The notes beneath the pieces were generated by a model. That model had not been told where the DNA came from. It saw only the letters and a program-made list of their open reading frames with translations, and did no database searches. From Bacteroidota bacterium (GTDB lineage: Bacteria > Bacteroidota > Rhodothermia > Rhodothermales > JANQRZ01), in assembly GCA_038746285.1 (NCBI GenBank), contig JBCDKT010000001.1, positions 123,757-187,756 on the forward strand: DNA of 64,000 nucleotides, given 5' to 3'. Within the stretch, counting starts at the first letter, position 1. The number at the start of each line of letters is the position of its first letter. A program made the translations under genes and the position numbers. Below are positions 1 to 9,091 of this stretch, piece by piece.

Positions 1-2
1 AA

Positions 3-731
3 GACGTGGCGATGCTACGCTCGCTCGGCGGCCAGCTCGCCCTGGCCGTCGAGCGGCTCGCCCTCGTCGAGCGCGAGAAGGCGCTCGTGCGGCAGAGCGC
101 CGAAGCGCAGCTCGCCGCGCTCCGGGCGCAGATCAACCCGCACTTTCTCTTCAACACGCTCAACACCATTGCCGCGCTGATCGACCAGGACCCGCGCGAG
201 GCCGAGGGCACCGTCGAACGCTTGGCCAGCATCTTCCGCACCATCCTCCAGACCGGTAGCCGCCCCTTCGTTCCGCTGGCCGACGAGGCGCGGCTCGTCG
301 AGGACTACCTCGCCATCGAGCAGGCGCGCTTCGGCCCGGCCCTCCGCATCGAGCGCGCGTGGGACCCGGCGCTCCGCGACCTGCCCGTGCCCGCCTTCGC
401 AGTCCAGACGCTCGTCGAGAACGCCGTCAAGCACGGCATCGAGCGCAAGCGCGGCGGCGGCACGCTGACCCTCGCCAGCCGGCACCGCGGCGACTGCGCC
501 GAGGTCTGCGTGACCGACACCGGCCTGGGCATCCCCGCTCTCTTCTCCGGCGGCGACGGCGTTGCGGACGTGGCGCACCCGGCGTCGTTCTTCGGCATCG
601 GGCTGCGCAACGTGGCCGCCCGGATGGAGCAGCTCTACGGGCGCACCGACCTCCTCCGCTTCGCCAGCGCGCCGGACACCGGGACCGAGGTGAAGCTGCT
701 GATTCCGCTCGCCGAGACCAGGCCGGTGTGA
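3..731 (+). CDS. Sensor histidine kinase, LytS/YehU type (C-terminal part; 5' end outside window)
   Basis: ORF is open to the window edge. H-box 'LRAQINPHFLFNTLNTI' is typical of LytS-family kinases. HATPase motifs 'VENAVKHG', 'TDTGLGI', 'GIGLRN' follow. No N-terminal membrane domain is present, so the gene is truncated by the window. Confidence 0.85.
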   Translation, partial: DVAMLRSLGGQLALAVERLALVEREKALVRQSAEAQLAALRAQINPHFLFNTLNTIAALIDQDPREAEGTVERLASIFRTILQTGSRPFVPLADEARLVEDYLAIEQARFGPALRIERAWDPALRDLPVPAFAVQTLVENAVKHGIERKRGGGTLTLASRHRGDCAEVCVTDTGLGIPALFSGGDGVADVAHPASFFGIGLRNVAARMEQLYGRTDLLRFASAPDTGTEVKLLIPLAETRPV

Positions 732-761
732 CGAAGACTCTGCACGCGGCAGCGTCCTGGA

Positions 762-786
762 GCGCATCTCTGGGCGAAGAGAGCGC
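762..786 (+). terminator. Candidate stem-loop downstream of the kinase gene
   Basis: 'GCGCATCTCT-GGGCGA-AGAGAGCGC' is an imperfect 9-10 bp stem with one bulge, 30 nt after the stop codon. No clear U-tract. Confidence 0.3.
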
Positions 787-887
787 CCCAGGGTTTAGAG
801 TCTGTTCAGCCCCGCCGAACCTAATGCCAGCGCCGCCCTGCGCTTTCCGCCGAGAACCCTGCCCTACCTCTGTCGTCTGTCCAGATC

Positions 888-1769
888 ATGCCTGCAGGTC
901 CCGCCCGGTCTCCCTTCTCCGGTGCTTCCTCGTCCCTCGTCTGGGGGAGGAAGGACGGGCGCGTCATCTACCAGTGCCCGGACACCGGAGCCACGTTCTA
1001 CGACCGGACCGAGGTGTCGGGACGGCTCGAAGAAGACTATCCCTACCTGAAGGGGTTCGACGCCGAGCGGTTCGAGTGGGAGGTCCGCATCCGCCGTCCG
1101 AAGTTCCAGCGGCAACTCGAACGGATGCGGCGCTACGTCGACGGCGAGCGACCACACCTGCTCGATGTCGGGGCAGGCCCCGGCTACCTCGTCTACGTCG
1201 CAAACGAAGAGGGATGGAGTGCCGTCGGTGCCGAGGTGTCGGCCGACGCCGTCCGGTACGGGGCGCAGCAGTACGGGGCGCGCTACGTCGAACTGGACGA
1301 GGTCGAGCGCGAGAGCGTGGACGCGCTGACGTGCCACCACGTCCTGGACCATGTCGACGAGCCGGTCTCGTTTCTGGAGACCTTGCACGCCAAGCTGAGG
1401 CCGGGCGGACTCCTCGTGCTCCACGTATCGCACCAGCAGCCGCTTACCTTCGCGCTGCGCGACACGCTGCGCCGGCTGACCTCGGGCGGTGCGGCCGAGA
1501 CGGTCTGCAAGCTCTACGAGGGCCTCCACGTTTCGGGCTTCACCGCAGCCTCGCTGCGGGCGGTCGCCGAGCGCGGCGGCTTCGAGACGCACTTCACCAA
1601 GACGCCGGGGATGTGGTCGCGGTACTATGACCCGTTCTTCTTCCGTAGTCTTGCGCGGGAAGGACGCTGGGGGACGATCGCCCGTAAGGCCCTTCGCCAC
1701 GCGGCGGAGAACCTCGGCCGGCCCTTCGGGCTGGGCGACTGGGTGGTGGGGTATTTTCGCAAGGCGTAG
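888..1769 (+). CDS. Class I SAM-dependent methyltransferase
   Basis: 293-aa ORF with ATG start. SAM-binding motif I 'LLDVGAGPGYL' and downstream 'LRPGGLLVL' (post-II/III) fit a Methyltransf_11/23-like layout. Confidence 0.75.
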   Translation: MPAGPARSPFSGASSSLVWGRKDGRVIYQCPDTGATFYDRTEVSGRLEEDYPYLKGFDAERFEWEVRIRRPKFQRQLERMRRYVDGERPHLLDVGAGPGYLVYVANEEGWSAVGAEVSADAVRYGAQQYGARYVELDEVERESVDALTCHHVLDHVDEPVSFLETLHAKLRPGGLLVLHVSHQQPLTFALRDTLRRLTSGGAAETVCKLYEGLHVSGFTAASLRAVAERGGFETHFTKTPGMWSRYYDPFFFRSLAREGRWGTIARKALRHAAENLGRPFGLGDWVVGYFRKA

Positions 1770-1854
1770 CCTCTGCGCCTGGTCCTGCAATCGTTTGACT
1801 CTGCTCCCCTGAGCGAAGCGCCGCCGTGAGGAAGAGAAAGGGCGTGGAGAGCAA

Positions 1855-1919
1855 GGAGGGAACGGAGGGTAGATTGAGGGGCAGGGGACGTGAGTCCCTC
1901 CTCGCCCTCCGTTCCCTCC
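1855..1919. repeat. Perfect 15-bp inverted repeat (GGAGGGAACGGAGGG / CCCTCCGTTCCCTCC) with 35-nt spacer, inside a polypurine/polypyrimidine tract
   Basis: Left arm 1855-1869, right arm 1905-1919, read directly. The flanks are purine-rich (about 1828-1870) then pyrimidine-rich (about 1897-1965). Lies between the methyltransferase stop and the LytTR regulator start. Confidence 0.8.
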
Positions 1920-1980
1920 ACGCAGGGAACGCCCCATTCCTCCCTCTCCTCCCATTCCGCGCCGCAGGCGCACCCCCGCC

Positions 1981-2817
1981 ATGCTCAAAACCCTGATCGT
2001 AGACGACGAAGCGCCGGCCCGCAGCCGGCTGGCCCGCCTGCTCGAACCCTTTGCGGAGGAAGAGCGGATTGAGGTTGTGGGAGAGGCCGTTGACGGAGTC
2101 GAGGCGCTGGAGAAGCTGGCGGCGGGCGGCGTGGACCTCGTCCTGCTCGACATCCAGATGCCCGGGCTGGACGGCTTCGACGTGCTCGACCGACTGCCGC
2201 CCGAGAACCGGCCCGTCGTCGTCTTCACGACTGCGCACGACGAGCACGCCCTCCGCGCCTTCGAGGCGAGCGCCGTGGACTACCTCCTCAAGCCCATCCA
2301 GCAGGACCGCCTCGCCCTCGCCCTCGCCCGCGCCGAGAGGCTGGCCGGTGGGGACGGAGCCCGGCGCGACGGCGAGGACCGCCTCGCCGACCTGCTCGAA
2401 TACCTCGACGGGCACGCCGGGACGGCCCTGGCCGGGCAAGACGGCGACCACCTCAAGCAGCTTTCCATCCCCGGCTCCGACCGGCTCGTGATCGTCTCGG
2501 TCGAGCAGGTGCTCTCGGCGGAGGTGGAGGACGGGATCACCCGGCTCTACGTCCTCCAGGACGACGAGGCGCGTCCGCCGGGCCGGCCCCGGCAGGCAAG
2601 CCGCCACATCGTCTCCCACACGCTCGACGCGCTCGAAGGCCGCCTTGACCCGGCGCAGTTCATGCGCGTGCACCGCTCGGCCATCGTGCAGCTCCGGCAC
2701 ATCCGCGAGATGGTCCAGTGGTTCAGCGGGCGCTACAAGCTCGTGCTGGCCGGCGGGCACGAGGTCATCGCCAGCCGGAGCCGCTCCCGCGAGCTCCGCG
2801 ACCGGCTGAGCCTGTAG
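1981..2817 (+). CDS. LytTR-family two-component response regulator (REC + LytTR DNA-binding domain)
   Basis: N-terminal receiver 'MLKTLIVDDEAPARSRLARLL...DLVLLDIQMPGLDGFDVL...VVFTTAHDEHALRAFEASAVDYLLKP'. C-terminal LytTR-like 'FMRVHRSAIVQLRHIREM...YKLVLAGGHEVIASRSRSRELRDRL'. Confidence 0.9.
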   Translation: MLKTLIVDDEAPARSRLARLLEPFAEEERIEVVGEAVDGVEALEKLAAGGVDLVLLDIQMPGLDGFDVLDRLPPENRPVVVFTTAHDEHALRAFEASAVDYLLKPIQQDRLALALARAERLAGGDGARRDGEDRLADLLEYLDGHAGTALAGQDGDHLKQLSIPGSDRLVIVSVEQVLSAEVEDGITRLYVLQDDEARPPGRPRQASRHIVSHTLDALEGRLDPAQFMRVHRSAIVQLRHIREMVQWFSGRYKLVLAGGHEVIASRSRSRELRDRLSL

Positions 2818-2859
2818 CGGCTCGGGGCTTCCCTGGGACGTATCGTAGGGTAATTCCTA

Positions 2860-2894
2860 GGAGTTAGGCTTTTTAGATAGCGCCGGAGTTACGG
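2860..2894 (+). promoter_or_regulatory. Candidate LytTR-type operator: direct repeats GGAGTTAGG / GGAGTTACG, 25 nt start-to-start
   Basis: Repeats at 2860-2868 and 2885-2893 lie in an AT-richer stretch between the LytTR gene stop (2817) and the SusC start (2975). The core AGTTA resembles the AgrA/LytTR half-site consensus, but the spacer is longer than the canonical 12-13 nt. Confidence 0.3.
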
Positions 2895-2974
2895 AATCAT
2901 TACCTTCTGGTTTGGCTCCCGGAAGGCCTTGCGGAGCCGCCCGTAGCTCATCCCACCAAAAAAGAGGCCCATTC

Positions 2975-5893
2975 ATGCGCCAGCGCTACAGCGTGAGGGC
3001 GACCTGTGCCGTCGCCCTATTCCTGCTCGGAACGCTCTCTGCATCCGCTCAGTCCGTCAACGGAACCGTCACCGACGCCGACACCGGCGAGCCCCTGCCG
3101 GGCGTCAACATCCTCGTTCAGGGGACGACCGTCGGGACCACGACCGACCTCAACGGTCGCTACGACCTCGAGCTGCCGTCTGGCAACCGAGGCCTGCTGT
3201 TTTCGTTTGTCGGTTACCGCGACTTCGAGGTCGTACTGCCACCCGGCGTGACGGCCTTCGACGTGGAAATGGAGGAGGACCCACTTGGTCTCGACGAAGT
3301 GGTGGTGACAGGCCTGGCCACGTCGGTCAAGCGCTCGAACCTCGCCAACTCGGTCGGGACGGTCTCGGCTGAGGAACTCGTGCCCGCCCCGGCGCAGACG
3401 CTGGAGCGCGCACTCAGCGGCAAGATCGCCGGCATCTCGATCAGCCAGAACACCGGCGCGCCCGGCGGCGGTATCAACGTCAACCTCCGCGGCACCTCGA
3501 CGATCACTGGCGACACGCAGCCGCTCTACGTGATCGATGGCGTTATCATTGACAACTCGGCCATCGAGCCGGGTCTCGACATTGTAACGGCCGCGACCGG
3601 TGCAGGCAGTGCCCGGCCACAGGGCCAGCCCACCAATCGCATCGCCGACCTCAACCCGAACGACATCGAGAGCATCGAAGTCCTGAAGGGCGCGAGCGCC
3701 GCTGCCATCTACGGCGCGAAGGCGACCAACGGCGTGGTCCTCATCACGACTAAGCGCGGCCGTCCCGGTGAGACCCGGATCAGCCTCTCGCAGCAGGTCG
3801 GCTTCACCTCGATCCTCAACAAGATCGGGACGCGGCAGTTCACGGCTGAGACGGCTGAAGCGCTCGTCGAGGGGGGGGGCGATCTCCTCGCGCAGAACGG
3901 ACAACTCGACTACGAGGATCTTATCTACGGCGAGACCGGCCTGCTGAGCGAAACCAACATCGGCATCTCCGGCGGTGACCAGAACACGCGGTTCTTCGTC
4001 AGCGGTCTTGCGCTCAACGAAGACGGCATCGTCGACAACACGGGCTACGACAAGTACAGCGCCCGCGTCAACGTCGAGCAGCGCTTCAGCGACCGCATCC
4101 GGTTCAACGTCAACACCTCTATCTCGCGCTCGACCTCGGACCGGAGCATCACCGGCAACGAGAACCAGGGCAGCACGACGCTCGGCTTTGCGCAGGTGTT
4201 CACCCCGCCGTTCATCGACCTCCGGGAGACCGACGGCGTCTTCCCGAGCGGCCCCGCCGGAGCCAACCCGCTCCAGACGGTCGCTCTGCTCCAGAACGAG
4301 GAGACCTCCAACCGAGGCATCGGGTCGGTCTTTCTCGGCCTCAACCTGCTCCGTGTGCAGAACCAGACGCTCGACTTCAACGTGCAGGGCGGTGCGGACT
4401 ACTACACCCTGGAGAACGATATCCTGTCGCCGCCCGAGCTTCAGTTCGAGCAGGCGAAAGACCTGCCAGGTCTCTCGGTTAAGGGCCGTACGACGAGTCT
4501 GAACACGAACCTCGGCCTCAGCCTCGTCCACTTCTACAGCACGCCGTCGCAGATCACGTTCAACACGTCGGCGGGCTACCAGTACGAGACGCGCGACCTG
4601 AACAACATTTTGAGCCAGGCGCAAGGCATCGTCGAGACCCAAAGCAACCTCGACCAGTCGGCGACGGTCTCGATTCTGGAGAACCGCCTGATCCAGCGGG
4701 AGCGCGGGTTCTTCCTCCAGGAAGAGGTCAACTTTCGTGACCAAGTGATCCTGACGGGTGGCTTCCGGGCCGACGCCAGCAGCCGGAACGGCGACACCGA
4801 GCAGTTCTTCTTCTACCCGAAGATCTCGGCAGCCCTTCGGCTCTCGCAGTTTGACTTCTGGCAGCCGCTGGGCGGCCTCGCCAACGACTTCAAGCTCCGC
4901 GCTGCATTTGGACGCACGGGCAACCTTCCGCTGGCGCGGGCCAAGTTCACATCGCTGATTCCCGAGAACGTCGCCGGCACCGGTGGTGTCCTCTCCCCGA
5001 CGCGTCGCGGCAATCCGGACATCGAGCCGGAGCAGGCGCAGGAGTTCGAGGTAGGTGCCGACGCTACGTTGTTCGATGACCGCGCCTCGGTCGAGTTCTC
5101 GTACTACACCCAGAATATCACCGACCTCATCCTGCAGAACGCGCTGCCCCCGTCCTCCGGATTCACCTCGGAGTTCATCAACGCCGGTGACATGACCACA
5201 CAGGGCATCGAAGCAGCGCTGACGGCTACGCCGGTGGACGGGGCCGTGACGTGGAGCACGCGCTTCAACTTCTTCACGTCTTCGTCCGAGATCACGAGCC
5301 TCGACGTGGACCCGTTTGAGATCGGCGGTTTCGCCCTCTCGCTTGGCCAGTTCCGCATCGAAGAGGGTGTCTCGCCGAACGAGATCACCGGACTCGACGA
5401 GGACGGCAACCAGGTATTTCTGGGGAACGAGAACCCGGACTTCCAGCTTGCCTGGAACAACGACATCTCGTTTAACCGCTTCAGCCTCGGCTTCCTGTGG
5501 GACTGGAAGCAGGGCGGCGACGTTATCAACCTCGGCAAGTTCCTCTCGGACCTCGGCGGAACGACCGAAGACCTCGACACGCAGGAGGGGCAGGACCGCC
5601 TTGCCGGCGTGGGTGGCACCGGCCGCTACGTCGAGGACGGGACGTACCTCAAGCTCCGGGAAGCGAGCCTCACCTACGACGTCGACCCGGATGTCGTGGC
5701 GCGCTGGACGAGCGGGCAGGCCCGGAGCCTCACCTTCGGCATCTCCGGCCGTAACCTCCTGATGTTCACGGGCTACGACGGGTATGACCCCGAGGTAAGC
5801 CAGTTCGGGAATGTCGCCATCGGGCGATCCGTGGACGTGCTCCCGTTCCCCTCCGCTCGCAGCTTCTATTTCAAGGTCGCCGTGGGCCTCTAG
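2975..5893 (+). CDS. SusC/RagA-family TonB-dependent outer-membrane receptor
   Basis: Internal ATG at 2975 gives signal peptide 'MRQRYSVRATCAVALFLLGTLSASAQ'. CarboxypepD_reg-like N-domain 'VNGTVTDADTGEPLPGVNILVQGTTVGTTTDLNGRY'. Plug 'IESIEVLKGASAAAIYGAKATNGVVLITTKRG'. Long beta-barrel ending '...SFYFKVAVGL'. A SusD-like gene follows. Confidence 0.93.
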   Translation: MRQRYSVRATCAVALFLLGTLSASAQSVNGTVTDADTGEPLPGVNILVQGTTVGTTTDLNGRYDLELPSGNRGLLFSFVGYRDFEVVLPPGVTAFDVEMEEDPLGLDEVVVTGLATSVKRSNLANSVGTVSAEELVPAPAQTLERALSGKIAGISISQNTGAPGGGINVNLRGTSTITGDTQPLYVIDGVIIDNSAIEPGLDIVTAATGAGSARPQGQPTNRIADLNPNDIESIEVLKGASAAAIYGAKATNGVVLITTKRGRPGETRISLSQQVGFTSILNKIGTRQFTAETAEALVEGGGDLLAQNGQLDYEDLIYGETGLLSETNIGISGGDQNTRFFVSGLALNEDGIVDNTGYDKYSARVNVEQRFSDRIRFNVNTSISRSTSDRSITGNENQGSTTLGFAQVFTPPFIDLRETDGVFPSGPAGANPLQTVALLQNEETSNRGIGSVFLGLNLLRVQNQTLDFNVQGGADYYTLENDILSPPELQFEQAKDLPGLSVKGRTTSLNTNLGLSLVHFYSTPSQITFNTSAGYQYETRDLNNILSQAQGIVETQSNLDQSATVSILENRLIQRERGFFLQEEVNFRDQVILTGGFRADASSRNGDTEQFFFYPKISAALRLSQFDFWQPLGGLANDFKLRAAFGRTGNLPLARAKFTSLIPENVAGTGGVLSPTRRGNPDIEPEQAQEFEVGADATLFDDRASVEFSYYTQNITDLILQNALPPSSGFTSEFINAGDMTTQGIEAALTATPVDGAVTWSTRFNFFTSSSEITSLDVDPFEIGGFALSLGQFRIEEGVSPNEITGLDEDGNQVFLGNENPDFQLAWNNDISFNRFSLGFLWDWKQGGDVINLGKFLSDLGGTTEDLDTQEGQDRLAGVGGTGRYVEDGTYLKLREASLTYDVDPDVVARWTSGQARSLTFGISGRNLLMFTGYDGYDPEVSQFGNVAIGRSVDVLPFPSARSFYFKVAVGL

Positions 5894-5936
5894 GCACGCC
5901 ACGCTCTCCGACTTGCTGACACCAGCCGACAGATCT

Positions 5937-7268
5937 ATGACTTCCCTACGCTTGTTCCAACGCCGCTTCACCCGGCTCTGCGCCGCAGCCCTCGTAGGCG
6001 GCTTCGCGCTGTTCTCCTTTTCAGGATGTGACAGCCTTGACGTTGCCAACCCCAACGCTCCCGAACCCGAGGTAGTGAGCATCCAGGCGCTCGCTACGGG
6101 CCTCGAAGGCGGCCTTCGTGCCGGCATGGGCGTTTACTGGCGCGTCAACGGCATCTTCGCTCGCGACCTGTACTACTTCGAGCCGGCCGATCCCCGCTAC
6201 ACGGGCGAGCTTTACACGGGGCCGCTTGATCCAGGTGGTTTCCTACTCCTCACGCCCTGGTCGGGCCGCTACCGGGCCATCGGCCAGGCACGAATCCTGA
6301 TCGAGCAGGCTGAGGCCCGAGGTTTGGGCGAGGCCGAGCAGGCAGGCATCCGAGGCTACGCCAACACGCTCATTGCGCACCAGCTCCTGCTTGCCCTCAA
6401 CTATCTCGGTGAGAACGGAATCAAGATTGAATTCTCCGACCAGGTCGATGTCCCGTTCGTGACCCAGGAGGAGGGCTACGCCGAAATCAACCGGTACCTG
6501 GACGAGGCGCTGACGGACCTGCAGAGTGCCGGCGATGCGTTCCCCTTCTCGCTCTCGGGCGGCTTCGCAGGGTTCGACACGCCGGCCGGCTTCGCCCAGT
6601 TCAACCGGGCCATCCGGGCACGCGTCGCCATCTACCAGGGCGATGCTGGGGCAGCCCTCTCGGCGCTCGAAGGGTCGTTCATCAGCGACGGCGACCTCAA
6701 CGGCGGCGTGTACCACACCTTCGGCGCGGGCAGCGGTGACCGTCTCAACCCGATGTTCGAGGTGCCGACGGCTGACTTCGTGAAGCTCCGGGCGACGCCA
6801 GAGTTCGTGGCAGACGCCGAGGCGGGCGATCAGCGCGTCGCCAGTAAGGTGCTGGATCGGGGCGAGGAGCTTCCGGCCAGCCCCGGTTCGGCAAACGGAC
6901 TGGCCAGCTCGGTCGTCGTGACGACCGCGTCGAGTTCGTCAGGCTCGTACCCGGTCATTCGGAATGAGGAACTGCTCCTCATCCGGGCGGAGGCTAACAT
7001 CCTCAACGGCGATCTTGACGCGGCCGAGACCGACATCAATGCCGTCCGCAGCGCAGCCGGTCTCGGCAACGTTGAGCTAGACGACGAGAATGCCCTCGAT
7101 CAGCTCCTCTTTGAGCGGCGCTACTCGCTCTTCGCTGAGGGACACCGCTGGGTAGACCTCCGGCGGTACGACCGGCTCGGCACCCTCCCGACTCCCGAGG
7201 TCGGCGAGGGGATCACGTCGCAGATCTTCGAGCAGTGGCCGCGTCCCAACTCCGAGGTTCCAGGCTGA
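5937..7268 (+). CDS. SusD/RagB-family nutrient-binding outer-membrane lipoprotein
   Basis: Internal ATG at 5937 gives lipoprotein signal '...GGFALFSFSGCDS'. Lies immediately downstream of SusC. The C-terminal region 'LLFERRYSLFAEGHRWVDLRRY' is typical of SusD-like proteins. Confidence 0.85.
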   Translation: MTSLRLFQRRFTRLCAAALVGGFALFSFSGCDSLDVANPNAPEPEVVSIQALATGLEGGLRAGMGVYWRVNGIFARDLYYFEPADPRYTGELYTGPLDPGGFLLLTPWSGRYRAIGQARILIEQAEARGLGEAEQAGIRGYANTLIAHQLLLALNYLGENGIKIEFSDQVDVPFVTQEEGYAEINRYLDEALTDLQSAGDAFPFSLSGGFAGFDTPAGFAQFNRAIRARVAIYQGDAGAALSALEGSFISDGDLNGGVYHTFGAGSGDRLNPMFEVPTADFVKLRATPEFVADAEAGDQRVASKVLDRGEELPASPGSANGLASSVVVTTASSSSGSYPVIRNEELLLIRAEANILNGDLDAAETDINAVRSAAGLGNVELDDENALDQLLFERRYSLFAEGHRWVDLRRYDRLGTLPTPEVGEGITSQIFEQWPRPNSEVPG

Positions 7269-7294
7269 CAGACCAGCCATCCGACGGTATCAGC

Positions 7295-7322
7295 GCGAGG
7301 CCGAGTGCATGCTCGGCCTCGC
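7295..7322 (+). terminator. Stem-loop terminator candidate after the SusC/SusD pair
   Basis: Perfect 11-bp stem GCGAGGCCGAG / CTCGGCCTCGC with loop TGCATG, 27 nt after the susD-like stop, followed by 'GTCTCGTTGATG'. Confidence 0.6.
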
Positions 7323-7462
7323 GTCTCGTTGATGCCAGGGGCTGCATCTTCTCCGGGAGGTAGAGCCCTTTGTGCTTGTCGTGGCCTCGCCGTGCCGGAT
7401 GCCAGTCTCGCGCCGGGTGCTATCTTTGGGGCGTATATGTGAACCGCCTCTCTTGCCTCTCG

Positions 7463-9085
7463 ATGCCTCTCCTCGCGCTCCTCCTCCTCCTTCTCGCCGC
7501 CCCGGCCTCGGCGCAGCCGGCGGACAGCACGGGGGCGACGGGTTTTGAGGAAGGGGTGGTGTGGAGGCAGCCGGACGACCTCCAGGCGGCGCTGCGCGAC
7601 CTCCGAGCGATGCGCGAAGCGGGCGTCGAGGCGGTGCGGACGGGTCTCGTCACGCGCACACCGGTGCTGCGGACGGCTGACCTGCTCGGGCTGGCGCTCT
7701 ACCAGGACCTGCCGGTGTCGGACCTGCCGGCGGCGCGGCTCGCGGACACGCTCGCCTTCGCCACGCGCGAACTGGACGCGGCCCTCGCCCTCGCCGCACA
7801 GCATCCCTCGGCCCGCGCGTTCGGCCTGACGCGCTTCTCGGACACGAGCGACCTGGCGGCCTGCGCCTACGTCGAAGCCCTCGCCGCCCGCGTCCGCGGT
7901 GCTGGGCTAGCGGGCGCAAAGACGTACTACCTCTCGCACTTCGTCGAGGACGACGCGTGCGCTGGCCAAGTGGACCTCGTGCTGCTCGACGCGCGAGGCC
8001 ACGATCCACTAGACCTGGTCCGGCGGTGGCGCTCGGCGCACGAGACGCCGGTCGGCCTCGGCAGCTTCGGGGCACCCGTGGACGACGGCGTCGAGGGCGG
8101 CTACCGGACGCCCCGGTCGCCGACAGCCCAGGCGCGGTTTCTCGAAGCAGGCCTGGCGGAGTTGGGCGACCTCGACCCGCCGCTCGCGGCTCTGTTCGTC
8201 TTCGCCTGGCGCGACGGCGTCGAGGCCCCGTACGGGCTGATCCAGACCGACGACCGGACGCGCCCGGCGTTCAGTGTGCTGCGCGGCTTCTACACCGGCG
8301 AGCAGCGGGTCTTCGCGTTCGACGCGGGGCCGGAGCCGGTGGCGCGGGTCAACACGCCCACGTTCGTGCTCGTCGCCTGGCTGCTGGCGATAGGGTGTGC
8401 CGTGATGATGGGGTTCGCTCCGCGCTTCCGGCAGCTCGTCCCGCGCTACTTCGCCCGCCACGCTTACTACCGCGAAGCGCTGCAGCGAGGGCGGGCCGCA
8501 GAGGATTGGACCGGCGTTGCCCTCGCCGTCGTGCTGGCCCTCGCGGCCGGTGTGATCGGCGCGGTCGTGCTTCACGCTGCGACCCGGACCGACGTGCTGG
8601 AGGCCCTCGTAGGCGGACTGGAGCCCAAAGCCGAGGCCCGCGTGCTCGGCCTGATCGGCGCACCGCTCGCCGTTGTGCTCCTCACCGGGATCGTCTACGG
8701 GGTCTGGCTGCTGCTGAACATGCTGTGGCTGCTCGCGCTCACGGGGCGGAGCTCCCACCGCGTCCGGCCGGGGCAGGCGCTCACGCTCGCCGTCTGGAGC
8801 CGGTGGCCGGTGCTGGTCCTGATGGTCGGGGCGGTGCTGGTGGCCGTGCAGCCGGCCCCGATCCGGTGGGTCCCGCTGCTGCTCGCGCTGTGGGTGGTTG
8901 CCGAAGCCGTGGCCGCCGTGCGAATGCTCTTCGACTTCAGCCGCGTCACGCGCGTCCCGATGCCGCGGGCGCTCTTGCTCGGCCTCGGCGTCCCGCTCGG
9001 GGTTCTCGCCGCGCTCTGGGTGTTCGCCTTCGTCGCGGTCCGGCCGGAGCTAGGCTTCCTGTGGCACCTCGCCACGCGGCAGTGA
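7463..9085 (+). CDS. Hypothetical membrane protein: exported N-terminal domain (possibly glycosidase/TIM-barrel-like) plus about 6 C-terminal TM helices
   Basis: ATG at 7463 gives signal peptide 'MPLLALLLLLLAAPASAQ'. The C-terminal half has hydrophobic segments, e.g. 'FVLVAWLLAIGCAVMMGF', 'VALAVVLALAAGVIGAVVL', 'LAVVLLTGIVYGVWLLLNMLWLLAL', 'WVPLLLALWVVAEAVAAV'. Function was not recognised with certainty. Confidence 0.6.
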   Translation: MPLLALLLLLLAAPASAQPADSTGATGFEEGVVWRQPDDLQAALRDLRAMREAGVEAVRTGLVTRTPVLRTADLLGLALYQDLPVSDLPAARLADTLAFATRELDAALALAAQHPSARAFGLTRFSDTSDLAACAYVEALAARVRGAGLAGAKTYYLSHFVEDDACAGQVDLVLLDARGHDPLDLVRRWRSAHETPVGLGSFGAPVDDGVEGGYRTPRSPTAQARFLEAGLAELGDLDPPLAALFVFAWRDGVEAPYGLIQTDDRTRPAFSVLRGFYTGEQRVFAFDAGPEPVARVNTPTFVLVAWLLAIGCAVMMGFAPRFRQLVPRYFARHAYYREALQRGRAAEDWTGVALAVVLALAAGVIGAVVLHAATRTDVLEALVGGLEPKAEARVLGLIGAPLAVVLLTGIVYGVWLLLNMLWLLALTGRSSHRVRPGQALTLAVWSRWPVLVLMVGAVLVAVQPAPIRWVPLLLALWVVAEAVAAVRMLFDFSRVTRVPMPRALLLGLGVPLGVLAALWVFAFVAVRPELGFLWHLATRQ

Positions 9086-9091
9086 GCGCCG

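Noticed and set aside
359-1630. 423-aa ORF bridging the histidine-kinase 3' end and the methyltransferase gene
   Set aside because: It runs out of frame across two genes that each have good motifs. The translation is Arg/Pro-rich.
3017-6127. 1036-aa ORF antisense to the SusC/SusD genes
   Set aside because: Arg/Ala/Gly/Val/Glu-rich low-information translation with no recognisable motif. It fully overlaps a gene with strong SusC signatures on the other strand. This is a typical shadow ORF of high-GC DNA.
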